The notes under the pieces: generated by a model
What the model was told of the DNA's origin: nothing
What the model saw: the letters and a program-made list of their open reading frames with translations, nothing else
Database searches by the model: none
Program-made: the position numbers and the translations under genes
DNA from: Promethearchaeota archaeon
GTDB taxonomy: Archaea; Asgardarchaeota; Lokiarchaeia; Sigyniarchaeales; SOKP01
NCBI GenBank assembly: GCA_048938005.1
Contig: JBHLMQ010000005.1
Coordinates: 50,489 to 114,488 of the forward strand
Length of the DNA: 64,000 nucleotides
Direction of reading: 5' to 3'
Part shown: positions 9,991 through 20,282 of the stretch, in pieces
Position numbering within the stretch: the stretch's first letter is position 1
Layout of the letters: every line of letters starts with the position of its first letter

Positions 9991-10752
9991 ATACCATACT
10001 TCGAATATTCTGGAAAACAAATTTTTTACCAGATTAAGGATAATAATTCTGAAAATACACTCATTTTAATACATGGAGCAGGAGGTAATTCAAATATTTG
10101 GGAGAATCAGTTTTATTTAATAATTGATTATAATATAATTGCTATTGATTTGCCTTCTCATAATAAATCCAACACATTTCCTGAGTTATCTCTAGATTTA
10201 TATGTTAATGTTGTTAAAAAGTTCGTAGACTCTCTGAAATCTAAACAATTAATTTTAGGTGGACATTCCATGGGAGGAGTTATTATTCAAGAATATTACT
10301 TTAGATATCCAAATGATGTCTCTGCTCTTATTTTGTGCGCTACAGGAGGAAGGATGCGAGTGAGTCAATTTATCTTTAATTCAATAAAACCTAACTACCA
10401 AGAATACTTAAATTATTTACATGTTGGAGGATTCTATAGAAAAACGCCTAAAAAACTAATAGATGACGCAATTTTGGAGACGTCTCAAATAGATCCAGAA
10501 GTAACTTATAAGGATTTTAAAATTTGCGACGCTTTCGATACATTAGATAGGACTAGTTCAATTGAAGTTCCAAGTTTAATAATATGTGGTAAAGCGGATG
10601 AAATGGCCCCCTTAAAATATTCGCAATTTTTTCATGAAAAAATCAAAAATTCAGAACTGTGTGTAATTAACAAAGCAGGTCATTTTGTTACGCTAGAGAA
10701 ACCTAAACAAGTAAATAAAGCAATAGAGAATTTTTTTAAAAATTATTTTTAA
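9991..10752 (+). CDS. Alpha/beta hydrolase (probable ATA start)
   Basis: GHSMGG nucleophile elbow and GH catalytic His. The LILIHGAGG motif lies upstream of the track start 10150, with no ATG/GTG/TTG back to the stop at 9937. Confidence 0.88.
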   Translation: MPYFEYSGKQIFYQIKDNNSENTLILIHGAGGNSNIWENQFYLIIDYNIIAIDLPSHNKSNTFPELSLDLYVNVVKKFVDSLKSKQLILGGHSMGGVIIQEYYFRYPNDVSALILCATGGRMRVSQFIFNSIKPNYQEYLNYLHVGGFYRKTPKKLIDDAILETSQIDPEVTYKDFKICDAFDTLDRTSSIEVPSLIICGKADEMAPLKYSQFFHEKIKNSELCVINKAGHFVTLEKPKQVNKAIENFFKNYF

Positions 10753-10764
10753 AACAAATAGTAA

Positions 10765-11565
10765 ATGCCAAGACAATATACATACGGTCCGTTTCAATCG
10801 AGGCGATTAGGCCTTTCTCTAGGTGTAAATGTTCTAATAAAATATAAATTGTGTACTTTTAATTGTGTTTATTGTGAAATTGGTTTAACGAATAAAGAAA
10901 ATCTAGTTTCTCCTGAATATAGAATAAGAGTTCCTCCATCACCTAATTTTAGGAAAGAATTGAAATCAATTTTAAGATATGTTCCACATTTGAACTCCAT
11001 TACTTTCGGTTATAATGGAGAACCCACTCTCAATGAAAATCTATTAGATTTCCTCAAAATTGCTCAAAACGTAAGGAGTGAGTTAACATGGACACATGAA
11101 AAACCCAAACTTACTTTATTTACAAATTCCAGTACAATTTTTTTCAATGAAATAAGGGAGAGAGTTAAAGAATTCGAACTTGTCCTGGCAAAAATTGATG
11201 CTGGAAGTGATGATGAGTTTAAAAGGACAAATCGTCCACACCAAGATACTCCTGATCTTGATGTAATAATTGATGCCTTAACAAAATTAAAACAAGAAAT
11301 GCCAAAAAAGCACGAGTTGGCAATACAATGCTTAATCTATGATTCATATAATCAAAATTTTATTCCCAATAATAATTCAAATAATATAACCAAAATAGCT
11401 CATGCATTGAAACGTATAAAACCAAATTTTGTCCAAATATACTCAACAGCTAGAATTCCAGCTGAATATTTTGTTTTTGCCATTGATGATGAAAGAAAAA
11501 GAGAGATCGCTAAAATCTTTAAAGAGATAATCAACGATGATAATGTTGAGATAAATATTTATTAA
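10765..11565 (+). CDS. Radical SAM protein
   Basis: YGPFQSRRLGLSLGVN, CTFNCVYC, NGEPTL. Confidence 0.9.
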   Translation: MPRQYTYGPFQSRRLGLSLGVNVLIKYKLCTFNCVYCEIGLTNKENLVSPEYRIRVPPSPNFRKELKSILRYVPHLNSITFGYNGEPTLNENLLDFLKIAQNVRSELTWTHEKPKLTLFTNSSTIFFNEIRERVKEFELVLAKIDAGSDDEFKRTNRPHQDTPDLDVIIDALTKLKQEMPKKHELAIQCLIYDSYNQNFIPNNNSNNITKIAHALKRIKPNFVQIYSTARIPAEYFVFAIDDERKREIAKIFKEIINDDNVEINIY

Positions 11566-11658
11566 ACCCAGTAAAACTTTTAATTCTATAAATATACTTA
11601 GAAATAATTGAATTTTTATATAAGACTAATTATTTAATAATTTGGTAGGGAGATAATA

Positions 11659-12663
11659 ATGGATGAGAAATATATTGTTGGAGTTGATATTGGGGGTACA
11701 TGGGTACGAGTCGCCATTTCTACAGCAGATTTAAAAGAAGAAAGTATTATAAAAAGAAATACAAGAACATTAAAAGAAACTAAATATTCGATCAGTAGTT
11801 CAGTTTGCCAATTATTATCCGAATTACTTACTGAAAATAATATAGGGGTTGATCAAATATTAGGAATAGGTATTGCTACAGCGGGTCCTTTAAATATGGA
11901 AAAAGGTGAAGTGTTTAATAATTCAAATTTAGGATTTAAAGTAATTCCATTAAAAGAACCTCTCAAAGAGAAATTTCAGGGAATTCCCTTATATTTCGTT
12001 AATGACTGTAATGGGGCTATATTGGGTATACATTATTTTGAAGCAGAAAATAGTGAAAAAGATAATATAGTTTATATAACAATGTCTACTGGAATTGGAG
12101 GAGGTGTAATTTGTAACGGTCATTTATTGTTAGGAAAAGAAGGTAATGCTGCAGAAATAGGACATGGATTAGTTGAGCCACGAAGTAGAGTTAAGTGCAA
12201 TTGTGGTGCATATGGTTGTTGGGAAGTATTTAGTTCGGGTACTGGTGTAAAAAATAGAGCTTTGGATGCTTTAGATGAGGGAGAATTAAATGCAGAAATA
12301 TTGATGAATATAGTTGATAATGATAAATCCAAGATTACAGCAAAAGAAGTTTTTCAGGCAGCAAGAGAGGGAGATGAATTATCTAACAAAATTGTTGACG
12401 ATTGTGTATTCTATTCAAAAGTAGGTATAGGTTTAGTTAATAACTATTATGATTGCACATCAATTTATTTTGGAGGTGCGATGATGAACGATAAAGAACA
12501 GATAATTCCTGAATTAATTGAGCAATTTAAAAAAAATCCTATTAGATTTACTATTAATCACCCACCAAAAATAAAATTAGCAAAATATAAAGATGAGATT
12601 GGATTAAGAGGGGCATTAGCACTTGTTAAATACAAAATAGAAAAACATATAATTATCTCTTGA
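11659..12663 (+). CDS. ROK family sugar kinase (glucokinase-like)
   Basis: GVDIGGT, VNDCN, STGIGGG, AAEIGH, CNCGAYGCWE. Confidence 0.95.
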   Translation: MDEKYIVGVDIGGTWVRVAISTADLKEESIIKRNTRTLKETKYSISSSVCQLLSELLTENNIGVDQILGIGIATAGPLNMEKGEVFNNSNLGFKVIPLKEPLKEKFQGIPLYFVNDCNGAILGIHYFEAENSEKDNIVYITMSTGIGGGVICNGHLLLGKEGNAAEIGHGLVEPRSRVKCNCGAYGCWEVFSSGTGVKNRALDALDEGELNAEILMNIVDNDKSKITAKEVFQAAREGDELSNKIVDDCVFYSKVGIGLVNNYYDCTSIYFGGAMMNDKEQIIPELIEQFKKNPIRFTINHPPKIKLAKYKDEIGLRGALALVKYKIEKHIIIS

Positions 12664-12683
12664 AATAAATAAATAGAAAAAAG

Positions 12684-14114
12684 ATGGAAGATAATAACTT
12701 AATCTTTACATTGAGTGGAATTAGAGGGCGAGCTAAAACAGATCTAAATTTCAATACCAGTAAAAGAATAGCAATAGCTTATGGGTTATGGTTTGATAGT
12801 ACAGATAAGAGAGTTATAATAGGCAGAGATACAAGACCAAGTGGCACAGTTATTACACGAGGCATTATCGAAGGATTAATAGCAACAGGTTTTAAAGTAT
12901 TTGATCTTGGGATTTGCCCTACACCTGTAATAATCCATGCTAAAAATAAATTAAATATTCCTGGGGGAGTTATCATTACAGGATCTCACAATCCTCAAGA
13001 ATGGAATGGTTTAAAATTATTATCTAAAAGAACATTTTTAGGTAATACTGATTTAGAAATGATTTCAAATCATTTAAAGAATATTAGTTTGAATTCTTAC
13101 AAAAAACTTCCACCAAGTTCAGAATGGAATGTAGAAGATCTGAATCCAATTACAAATTATATTCAAGACTTATCTAATCACATTGATTACAAGCAGGTTA
13201 AAAACAAAAATACTCTTAGAGTTGTTATCGACAGTGGCGCAGGTGCTGGAAAATTTGTAACCCCTAAAGTATTGAGTGAATTGGGTTGTGATATAAAACT
13301 CATTAACAATGCATTGCTTGTAAATAAAGATTTCCCACGAGAGATTGAACCTATAAAACAGAATCTCAAAGATTTAATAATGGAGGTGTGGCAAGGGAAA
13401 TATGACATTGGATTTGCTCATGATACAGATGCTGATAGATTAGCGATTATTGGAGAAAATGGTGTTTGTTATCCTGAAGATATTGGACTAGCACTAATTA
13501 CAGATTATTATTTAAAAAACCAGAAAAAAAATGAAGAAGAAGTATATTTTGTGACGAATTTAGCATCTTCTTTAAGATTCGAAGCGATTGCTGAAAAATA
13601 TGATACACATATTATTCGAACGCCTGTAGGAGAGAAATTTTTAACAGAAAAAATGGATGAGCTAATGATGGATCGTTCTAAAAATCGTTTGGTTTTTGGA
13701 GGAGAGGGTTCATGTGGAGGAGTTATGTTTCCTAATTTCAATATAACGAGAGATGGAATTTTTGCAGCAGCAAAAATTATAGAAATTTTAGTAAAAACTG
13801 GAGAAAAGGTTTCTAAGCTGATAGAGGGGTTGCCTAAATATTATTCTCATCGAAAAAAAATTAATATTAAACATATGGATACTAAATCGATTATTAAAAA
13901 TGTAAAAAATGAATTGGTTAAAGAAGGTGAAAAAGTAGAACAAATAAATCTTGATCTTAAATTTGGTCAAGGAAAGGATTGGTTTGTTCTCATTCATCCC
14001 TCAAATACAGAGTCAGTAATCAGGATTATAAGTGAAGCAAAAAGGGAATCACTTGCAAGAGTTTATTGTGAAGCAACAACTGAACTTGTAAAACTAGTGA
14101 TTGATAGAATATAA
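12684..14114 (+). CDS. Alpha-D-phosphohexomutase (phosphomannomutase/phosphoglucomutase/phosphoglucosamine mutase family)
   Basis: GRDTR, ITGSHNP phosphoserine loop, DTDADR metal loop, GGEGS. Confidence 0.95.
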   Translation: MEDNNLIFTLSGIRGRAKTDLNFNTSKRIAIAYGLWFDSTDKRVIIGRDTRPSGTVITRGIIEGLIATGFKVFDLGICPTPVIIHAKNKLNIPGGVIITGSHNPQEWNGLKLLSKRTFLGNTDLEMISNHLKNISLNSYKKLPPSSEWNVEDLNPITNYIQDLSNHIDYKQVKNKNTLRVVIDSGAGAGKFVTPKVLSELGCDIKLINNALLVNKDFPREIEPIKQNLKDLIMEVWQGKYDIGFAHDTDADRLAIIGENGVCYPEDIGLALITDYYLKNQKKNEEEVYFVTNLASSLRFEAIAEKYDTHIIRTPVGEKFLTEKMDELMMDRSKNRLVFGGEGSCGGVMFPNFNITRDGIFAAAKIIEILVKTGEKVSKLIEGLPKYYSHRKKINIKHMDTKSIIKNVKNELVKEGEKVEQINLDLKFGQGKDWFVLIHPSNTESVIRIISEAKRESLARVYCEATTELVKLVIDRI

Positions 14115-14597
14115 TGTATTTTTAGTTTTTAAAGAATATTGTACTTGATAATCCCATTTTTTTCCCACTTATTCTTTAAGTATGTCTAATCTTCCATTAA
14201 ATTTAAATATTTAAGTATAATATAATTACTTTAAACATATTTGTTGATCATATCATGGTAATTAAAGATCATGGATGGATTGGGTTGGATAGTGGAGATA
14301 CCCTAATCAATAATCCGTCTATTTGTAATTCAGATACTATGATATTAATGGATAATGGATTTTTAGTATAGATCCTTATTCCATTTTCTTAAACATCACC
14401 GAAATCAACAAAGCTTTGGATCTTAATCTTTAACGCTATATACGATATTTATAAAAGAATCTATTAATTAGATTTAAATTCTATTTTTCGTAATTTCTTA
14501 TACGTAATTATAACGTGGATACAAGAATTCTTCTCATTCAAATATGTTTTTTTCCTATAAATAGTTTATAAAAAAATTATAAAAAGAGGTGAAAAAA

Positions 14598-14711
14598 TTG
14601 CTAGAATTAAAGGAATTATTGGAAGAAAAAGAAGCTCCAAAACAAGAAAGAGCTCAAAAGACAATTTTAATTCCTTCTAAAAGAATGAACAAAAATAAAG
14701 GTGGAAAATAA
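14598..14711 (+). CDS. 37-aa charged small protein coupled to the MFS gene
   Basis: GAGGTGA site then TTG; MLELKELLEEKEAPKQERAQKTILIPSKRMNKNKGGK; stop overlaps next ATG (TAATG). Confidence 0.5.
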   Translation: MLELKELLEEKEAPKQERAQKTILIPSKRMNKNKGGK

Positions 14712-15970
14712 TGAAATTAAAAAAGAGTAAAATAAAGCAGGAAAAAGTAGAGTTCGTAAGTAATTATAGAACTATTGAGGAACCCCAAATCATGAAAGAA
14801 AAATGGAAGGCAAATATATGGAAATCTTATTTAATTCATTTTATTGAGGGATTTCATATGATTTCAGGGATTCTATTACCATTTTTCATAACATGGGGTA
14901 AATTAACATTTGTCGAAGTTATGTTCCTACAGAGTTACTTTACAATTATGATAGTGCTTTTTGAGATTCCTTGTGGAGCAATAGCCGATTACATAAGTAG
15001 AAAATTTTCCTTAAGTTTAGGCGCGCTTTCAACTGCTTTCGCTGCTTTAATATATGGAAGTTATCCAAATATATTAATCTTTATTATAGGTGAAACTCTA
15101 TGGGCTTTTGGAGCGGCCTTAATATCAGGGACAGATCAAGCTCTTATATACGACACACTAAGAAAACTTAAAAGAGGAGATGACATTTCAAAGGTCATGG
15201 CTAGAAACAGGAGTTTCATGTTACTTGGTATTGGAATTTCTGCTCCAATTGGTTCAATTATCGGTGCTTATTTATCGTTAAATCTTGTAATGAGTCTTAT
15301 GTTTTTTCCATTTATCTTGGCAACAATATTATCAATGACATTAAAAGAACCTAATCACGAATTAGAGAGAAAAAAATCTAAAAATTATTACGATGTGATA
15401 AAATCTAGCTTCATAGAACTCAGGAAAAACCATATTTTAAGGATATTAGCTTTTGAGATGGTAATTACAGAGTCTATGGTGTTTTTTATAATATGGACCT
15501 ATCAAATTTACCTTGAAGCATTAAATTTACAATTGATTTTCTTTGGATTCGTAAGTGCATCAATGACAGTTATACAAATACTTTTTAACAGTGTAGTTCC
15601 AACTCTAGAAAACAGGATTAATAACAAGAGAAGGTTTCTTCAATTGTATACAATAATACCGGGGATTGGATTCATTCTTATGTCGGTAATATATTTTATT
15701 CCAATTAGTATTCCTTTAATTCTCATTGTAATTGGATTCGGTTTTTCGCGAAGTTTGATATTTCTTAAAGGAATTAATAAGCAAATAGAAACAGAGAATC
15801 GAGCCACTGTTATAAGTACAATAAACATGGTAGCAAGTCTTATAAGGGCAATTCTTTATCCACTTGTTGGATATTTTGTGATTTGGAATTTAAGCTTAAC
15901 ATATATACTATTAGGGACTTTAATAATTGTTTTTACGTTAATATCGCGAATAAAAAATGAAGATCTATAA
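14711..15970 (+). CDS. MFS transporter
   Basis: About 12 TM segments, EIPCGAIADYISRK motif A, SGTDQALIYD, RATVIS. Confidence 0.92.
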   Translation: MKLKKSKIKQEKVEFVSNYRTIEEPQIMKEKWKANIWKSYLIHFIEGFHMISGILLPFFITWGKLTFVEVMFLQSYFTIMIVLFEIPCGAIADYISRKFSLSLGALSTAFAALIYGSYPNILIFIIGETLWAFGAALISGTDQALIYDTLRKLKRGDDISKVMARNRSFMLLGIGISAPIGSIIGAYLSLNLVMSLMFFPFILATILSMTLKEPNHELERKKSKNYYDVIKSSFIELRKNHILRILAFEMVITESMVFFIIWTYQIYLEALNLQLIFFGFVSASMTVIQILFNSVVPTLENRINNKRRFLQLYTIIPGIGFILMSVIYFIPISIPLILIVIGFGFSRSLIFLKGINKQIETENRATVISTINMVASLIRAILYPLVGYFVIWNLSLTYILLGTLIIVFTLISRIKNEDL

Positions 15971-16044
15971 ATAAAATCAATTTTTTTTTAAAGCTATAAG
16001 TTTTATATGAAAAAGATTAATTTATTTTATCAATTTAAAAGTAT

Positions 16045-17868
16045 TTACTTGTTTAGTTCTTCTAAAATTATCTTTGCTAATTTTTTTCCGACTACCTGAG
16101 ATAACTCATCTTTAGAAGTTTTCTTCATATTTTGCACACTTCCAAAATGTCTTAGCAATTTATTTCTTGTCGCGGGACCTATTCCATTAATGCTATCTAA
16201 AATAGAAACTAAATATTTTCTTCTCTGCTTTTTTTGTAATCTTATTGCGAATCTGTGCGATTCATCCCTCACTCTTTGGAATAACTTCAATATAGAAGAA
16301 TTTTTAGGTAGTTTAATCGACTCTTTCTTAGAAGGTAAATATATTTCTTCATACTTTTTGGCTAATCCGATAATAGGTATATTAAGACCTAACTCTTCTA
16401 AAACTGAAATACCTGCATTTAATTGCCCTTTTCCTCCATCAACTAAAATTAAATCTGGCAATTCTAAATTCCTTTTCAAAAGCATACTATACCGTCTTCT
16501 TAAGACTTCTTTCATCATTGCAATATCATCAGGGGTAGACTTAGAACGAATCTTAAAATGCCTATAATTTTTATTGTAAGGTTTTGCATCAAGAAAATAG
16601 ACCATAGAGCCAGTTGCATCAGTTCCATCAATATTGGAGATATCAAATCCTTCAATAATCTTAGGCAGCTTTGGTAAATTCAAGATATTTTTTGTTTCCT
16701 CAAGAATACTTTCTCTAAATTCCACATCATCCATCTTGATTTCTTCCATTTGTACTTGCTGGTTAACCATTACTTTAGCATTTTTATTTGCTATCCGCAG
16801 CAAACTTGTTTCATTTTCATTAATAGGCGTTCTTATCTGTATTTCTTCTTTAATATCTTCCAAAAAACCTTTAAGCACTCTAAATCTTTCATTCATTTCA
16901 GGAATTATAATAATATCTGGTAATTGTGATTTAAAATCTTGATAATACTGTTCTAAAATTGAATTTAAAATTTCTTTCTTCTGAATAAATTTCTCTCGTA
17001 AATCAAATGCAAAAGAACTTTTATTTAAAATTCTACTTTCCCGGATGTGGATAATGACCATTGCCATATAATAATCATTATTAAAAAATCCAACTATATC
17101 TTTATTTGCTTCATGATTCATTAATACATGTTGTCGATCTGTGGCGTGATCTATACCTTCCAACTTATCTCTCCAGAAGGCTGCTAATTCAAAATTTTGC
17201 TCTTTAGATGCCTTAAACATTTTTTCTTCAATCTGTTTTTTTAATTCAGTTGTTTCTCCTTTTAAAAATAGTTCGATTTTTGTAATATTTTCAAGATATT
17301 CTTCTTTAGAAATTGCAGTGAAACATGGACCTGGGCAGAGTTTTAATTGGAAATACAAACAAGGCCTCTTTCTTTTTTTAATAGGTTTTTTACATGAACA
17401 ATATGGAAATATTTTTCTTAAATCTCTTAATACTCTTATTATCTCCTTTTTATCTGTGTATGGTCCTAAAAACAAACTATCTTGTGTATACTTTTCAGGG
17501 TTCCTAAGTACACGGATTCTTGGAAAATCCTCAGAATAAAAAATTGCTACCCATGGATATGATTTAGAATCCCTCATAATAACATTGAAACGAGGGAGGT
17601 GTTTTTTAATCTGAATATTCTCTAGTATTAAAGCTTCTTTCTCGTTTTCAGTTACAATATATTCAATTGTTTGTATATTTTTTACCAACGCTATTATTTT
17701 TTCTTCGTAATATGGATCAATAAAGTGTGGTTTTGTGAAATATTGATTAACTCTTTTCCTAAGATTCAAAGCTTTTCCTATATAGATAACAGATCCCTTC
17801 TTATCAAGAAATAGATATACACCGGGTTCGTTTGGTAAGCTTTTTCTTTGTAATTCTAAATTGGACAT
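16045..17868 (-). CDS. uvrC: Excinuclease ABC subunit C
   Basis: GIY-YIG (PGVY...YIGKA), Cys cluster, UVR motif, EGFDISN, LILVDGGKGQL, RDESHRFA, C-terminal HhH. Confidence 0.97.
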   Translation of the reverse strand: MSNLELQRKSLPNEPGVYLFLDKKGSVIYIGKALNLRKRVNQYFTKPHFIDPYYEEKIIALVKNIQTIEYIVTENEKEALILENIQIKKHLPRFNVIMRDSKSYPWVAIFYSEDFPRIRVLRNPEKYTQDSLFLGPYTDKKEIIRVLRDLRKIFPYCSCKKPIKKRKRPCLYFQLKLCPGPCFTAISKEEYLENITKIELFLKGETTELKKQIEEKMFKASKEQNFELAAFWRDKLEGIDHATDRQHVLMNHEANKDIVGFFNNDYYMAMVIIHIRESRILNKSSFAFDLREKFIQKKEILNSILEQYYQDFKSQLPDIIIIPEMNERFRVLKGFLEDIKEEIQIRTPINENETSLLRIANKNAKVMVNQQVQMEEIKMDDVEFRESILEETKNILNLPKLPKIIEGFDISNIDGTDATGSMVYFLDAKPYNKNYRHFKIRSKSTPDDIAMMKEVLRRRYSMLLKRNLELPDLILVDGGKGQLNAGISVLEELGLNIPIIGLAKKYEEIYLPSKKESIKLPKNSSILKLFQRVRDESHRFAIRLQKKQRRKYLVSILDSINGIGPATRNKLLRHFGSVQNMKKTSKDELSQVVGKKLAKIILEELNK

Positions 17869-17990
17869 ATTTAGTAGGATTTATTTAAGCTTCTAAAAAT
17901 TAATTGAGAAATTAATCCTATAATACATTTGTAATAAAAGAGATTAATATTTTATTGTTATAATAATAATCTTATAATAAAAAAAGCGCT

Positions 17991-18932
17991 TTATTTCCAA
18001 TAAGATTTAATTTCGGCTTCCAATTCTGGTTCAATAAACTCAACATTATAAACTGTTGAAAAATATTTAATATCTGATAATAAATCTCTAAGACTAAATA
18101 ATTTGGAATATTTCTTCATTTGTTTTTCAATTAGAACTTTATCTTTGCAAATTGAAGCTATAGTATCAAAATTGGTTTTAATATGCTTAAAATCTTTATA
18201 GCTCATTTGGAAATAATAATGTTTGTACTTTTTTATCTTGAAGAGTACCCAAACAAGATACATCAAAACAATTCCTAAATTAAATTCAAGGAGAGTATTT
18301 ATGATCATTAATTCAACACTCCAAACTCCTTGCGCTTGGCGAATTCCAGAAACTGCTAAGCTTAATTCTAGTGAAAATTCGACTAATGTACCAACTAGGA
18401 ATAAATATAAGATATCTTCTAATCTTAACTTCTTTTTAAAGAGTAAAACCATAGCAACTACTATATTAATTAGTAACATAACCAACTCGTTAATTCTCTG
18501 ATTTGCGATATCCATATCTCTTGAAACTTCAATTATTCTATCATCTATTGGTAATACCTGAGAGCAAAATCCCACTAATATCCAACCCACATAAAAAATT
18601 ATTGTGAATATTATCAAATCCTTACTATTTCTTTTCTCGAACATTGTAAAAACATATGAGAACTGTACAAATCCAGGTGAAAAGCAAAACCATTAAAAAA
18701 AAATGAATGGGTTCAAAAATCCTTTATATTCCCTTGTTTGAGTAATTAAATACCAGAGAATATAATCAGTAAATATGTAGATTAACCAACCACATAAACC
18801 CCAAGCAATAGATAACCAATATTTTTTTTTTATTAAAAAGTAAATCCAAATAAACAGGAAGATTATATCAAGATATATGAAATCCATACTAAAAGTTCTT
18901 GTTACAACTGCATTTGCCATGAAAATCCCCAT
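17991..18932 (-). pseudogene. Multi-pass membrane protein interrupted by one in-frame TAA at 18693-18695
   Basis: ORFs 18693..18932 and 17991..18644 share a frame; read-through gives PFIFF*WFCFSPGFVQFSYVFTMFEK. Confidence 0.75.
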
Positions 18933-19065
18933 TTATAATACTGTAACTAATACAACTTTTTATCCCCTAATTAAAAATGTAACTAACAATAATTATACTT
19001 AGTATGTAAATTTTATAGAAAATCAAAATATATTAATATTAAATAAAGCAAGTTGCATCATAGAT

Positions 19066-19245
19066 ATGGTAATTATTAGAATTTGTCCAAAATGTAAAAA
19101 ACCTACGTTAAAAAACGCGATGAATGTTAGTGGTTGGTTAGCTCCAGACTTATATGAGTGTAAAGATGCAAAATGTGGTTATATTGGTAGGTTTTTTATT
19201 GAAATTGATTCAGAAGATTTTAAATTGGATCAAGATGAGACATAA
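19066..19245 (+). CDS. 59-aa zinc-ribbon protein
   Basis: MVIIRICPKCKKPTL...GWLAPDLYECKDAKCGYIG; two Cys pairs; below the ORF-track cutoff. Confidence 0.8.
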   Translation: MVIIRICPKCKKPTLKNAMNVSGWLAPDLYECKDAKCGYIGRFFIEIDSEDFKLDQDET

Positions 19246-19332
19246 AAAAATTATTTTAGAGTCCTGTAATATTAAATTTCTTATATAAAAACATCTATAT
19301 TCTTTAAAAAATAATAAATTTCGTGATAAGTA

Positions 19333-20265
19333 TTGAAAAAATTATTAGAAGATGCGGAAAAAATTAAATCCTTAGAAATCCAAGGCGCCAGTAATATAGC
19401 AATTAGTGCAATCAGTTTTTTAAGTAATTATGCTAAAAGATTAAAATGTGAAAATATTGAAAAATGCCTTGAGCTTCTTTACAATGGTCAAGACATTTTA
19501 ATTGATACTAGACCAACTGAACCCGCTATGAAAAATGGATTGAAATTTATAATGAATAAATTAGAACAAGAAAAAGAAAACATTATTGTTGAATATATTT
19601 CTGACATTATTGATAAGTACAAGAATCAATATTATGAGATGCTTCAAAAATCAAAGAGTAAAATTGCAAAAATTGGAGCACGCCGTATTCCTGCTGCTAA
19701 AAGAAAATTTGTTGTGATGACACATTGTCATTCATCTTTAGTTACAGCAATTTTAATGGAAGCAAAAAAGCAGGGAAAAAATTTCAAGGTAATTAATACT
19801 GAAACCCAACCTCGATTACAAGGTAGAAAAACAGCAGAGGAATTATTAGAATCGGGTATTGAAGTGATTCATGTTATCGATAGTGCAATGAGATGGGCTG
19901 TTAGACATTTTCAAGTTGATCTGATTTTAATTGGAGCAGATAGTATAACTTCTGAGGGAACTATTATCAACAAAATAGGATCAAGACTTTTAGCATTAGT
20001 AGCTCATGAAGAACATGTACCTTTCTATGTTGCATCTCCTTTATTGAAATATAATCCAGAAACCAATCTAGGTATTTTAGAAACTATTGAAATGAGAGAT
20101 CCAAAAGAAGTTTGGGAAGATCCCCCTGAAAACATAGAAATCCTAAATCCTGCTTTTGAAACTGTAAGTAGAAGGTATATAGACGGATTAATCACAGAAG
20201 CAGGAATTTTTGCTTCAAGTCACGTGACTAATTATTTTGCTAAATTATATCCCGAAATGGTCTAA
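19333..20265 (+). CDS. Ribose-1,5-bisphosphate isomerase (eIF2B-like family)
   Basis: EIQGA, TRPTEP, THCHS catalytic Cys, GADSIT...NKIGS, NPAFE; adjacent to RuBisCO. Confidence 0.9.
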   Translation: MKKLLEDAEKIKSLEIQGASNIAISAISFLSNYAKRLKCENIEKCLELLYNGQDILIDTRPTEPAMKNGLKFIMNKLEQEKENIIVEYISDIIDKYKNQYYEMLQKSKSKIAKIGARRIPAAKRKFVVMTHCHSSLVTAILMEAKKQGKNFKVINTETQPRLQGRKTAEELLESGIEVIHVIDSAMRWAVRHFQVDLILIGADSITSEGTIINKIGSRLLALVAHEEHVPFYVASPLLKYNPETNLGILETIEMRDPKEVWEDPPENIEILNPAFETVSRRYIDGLITEAGIFASSHVTNYFAKLYPEMV

Positions 20266-20282
20266 AGTATCTTAAATGAAAG

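Noticed and set aside
14255-14371. 38-aa ORF MVIKDHGWIGLDSG...
   Set aside because: No clear ribosome-binding site or motif; cannot be supported.
18693-18695. Selenocysteine or pyrrolysine read-through
   Set aside because: The stop is TAA.
19333-20265. Translation factor eIF2B subunit
   Set aside because: THCHS catalytic Cys and adjacency to RuBisCO favour R15P isomerase.
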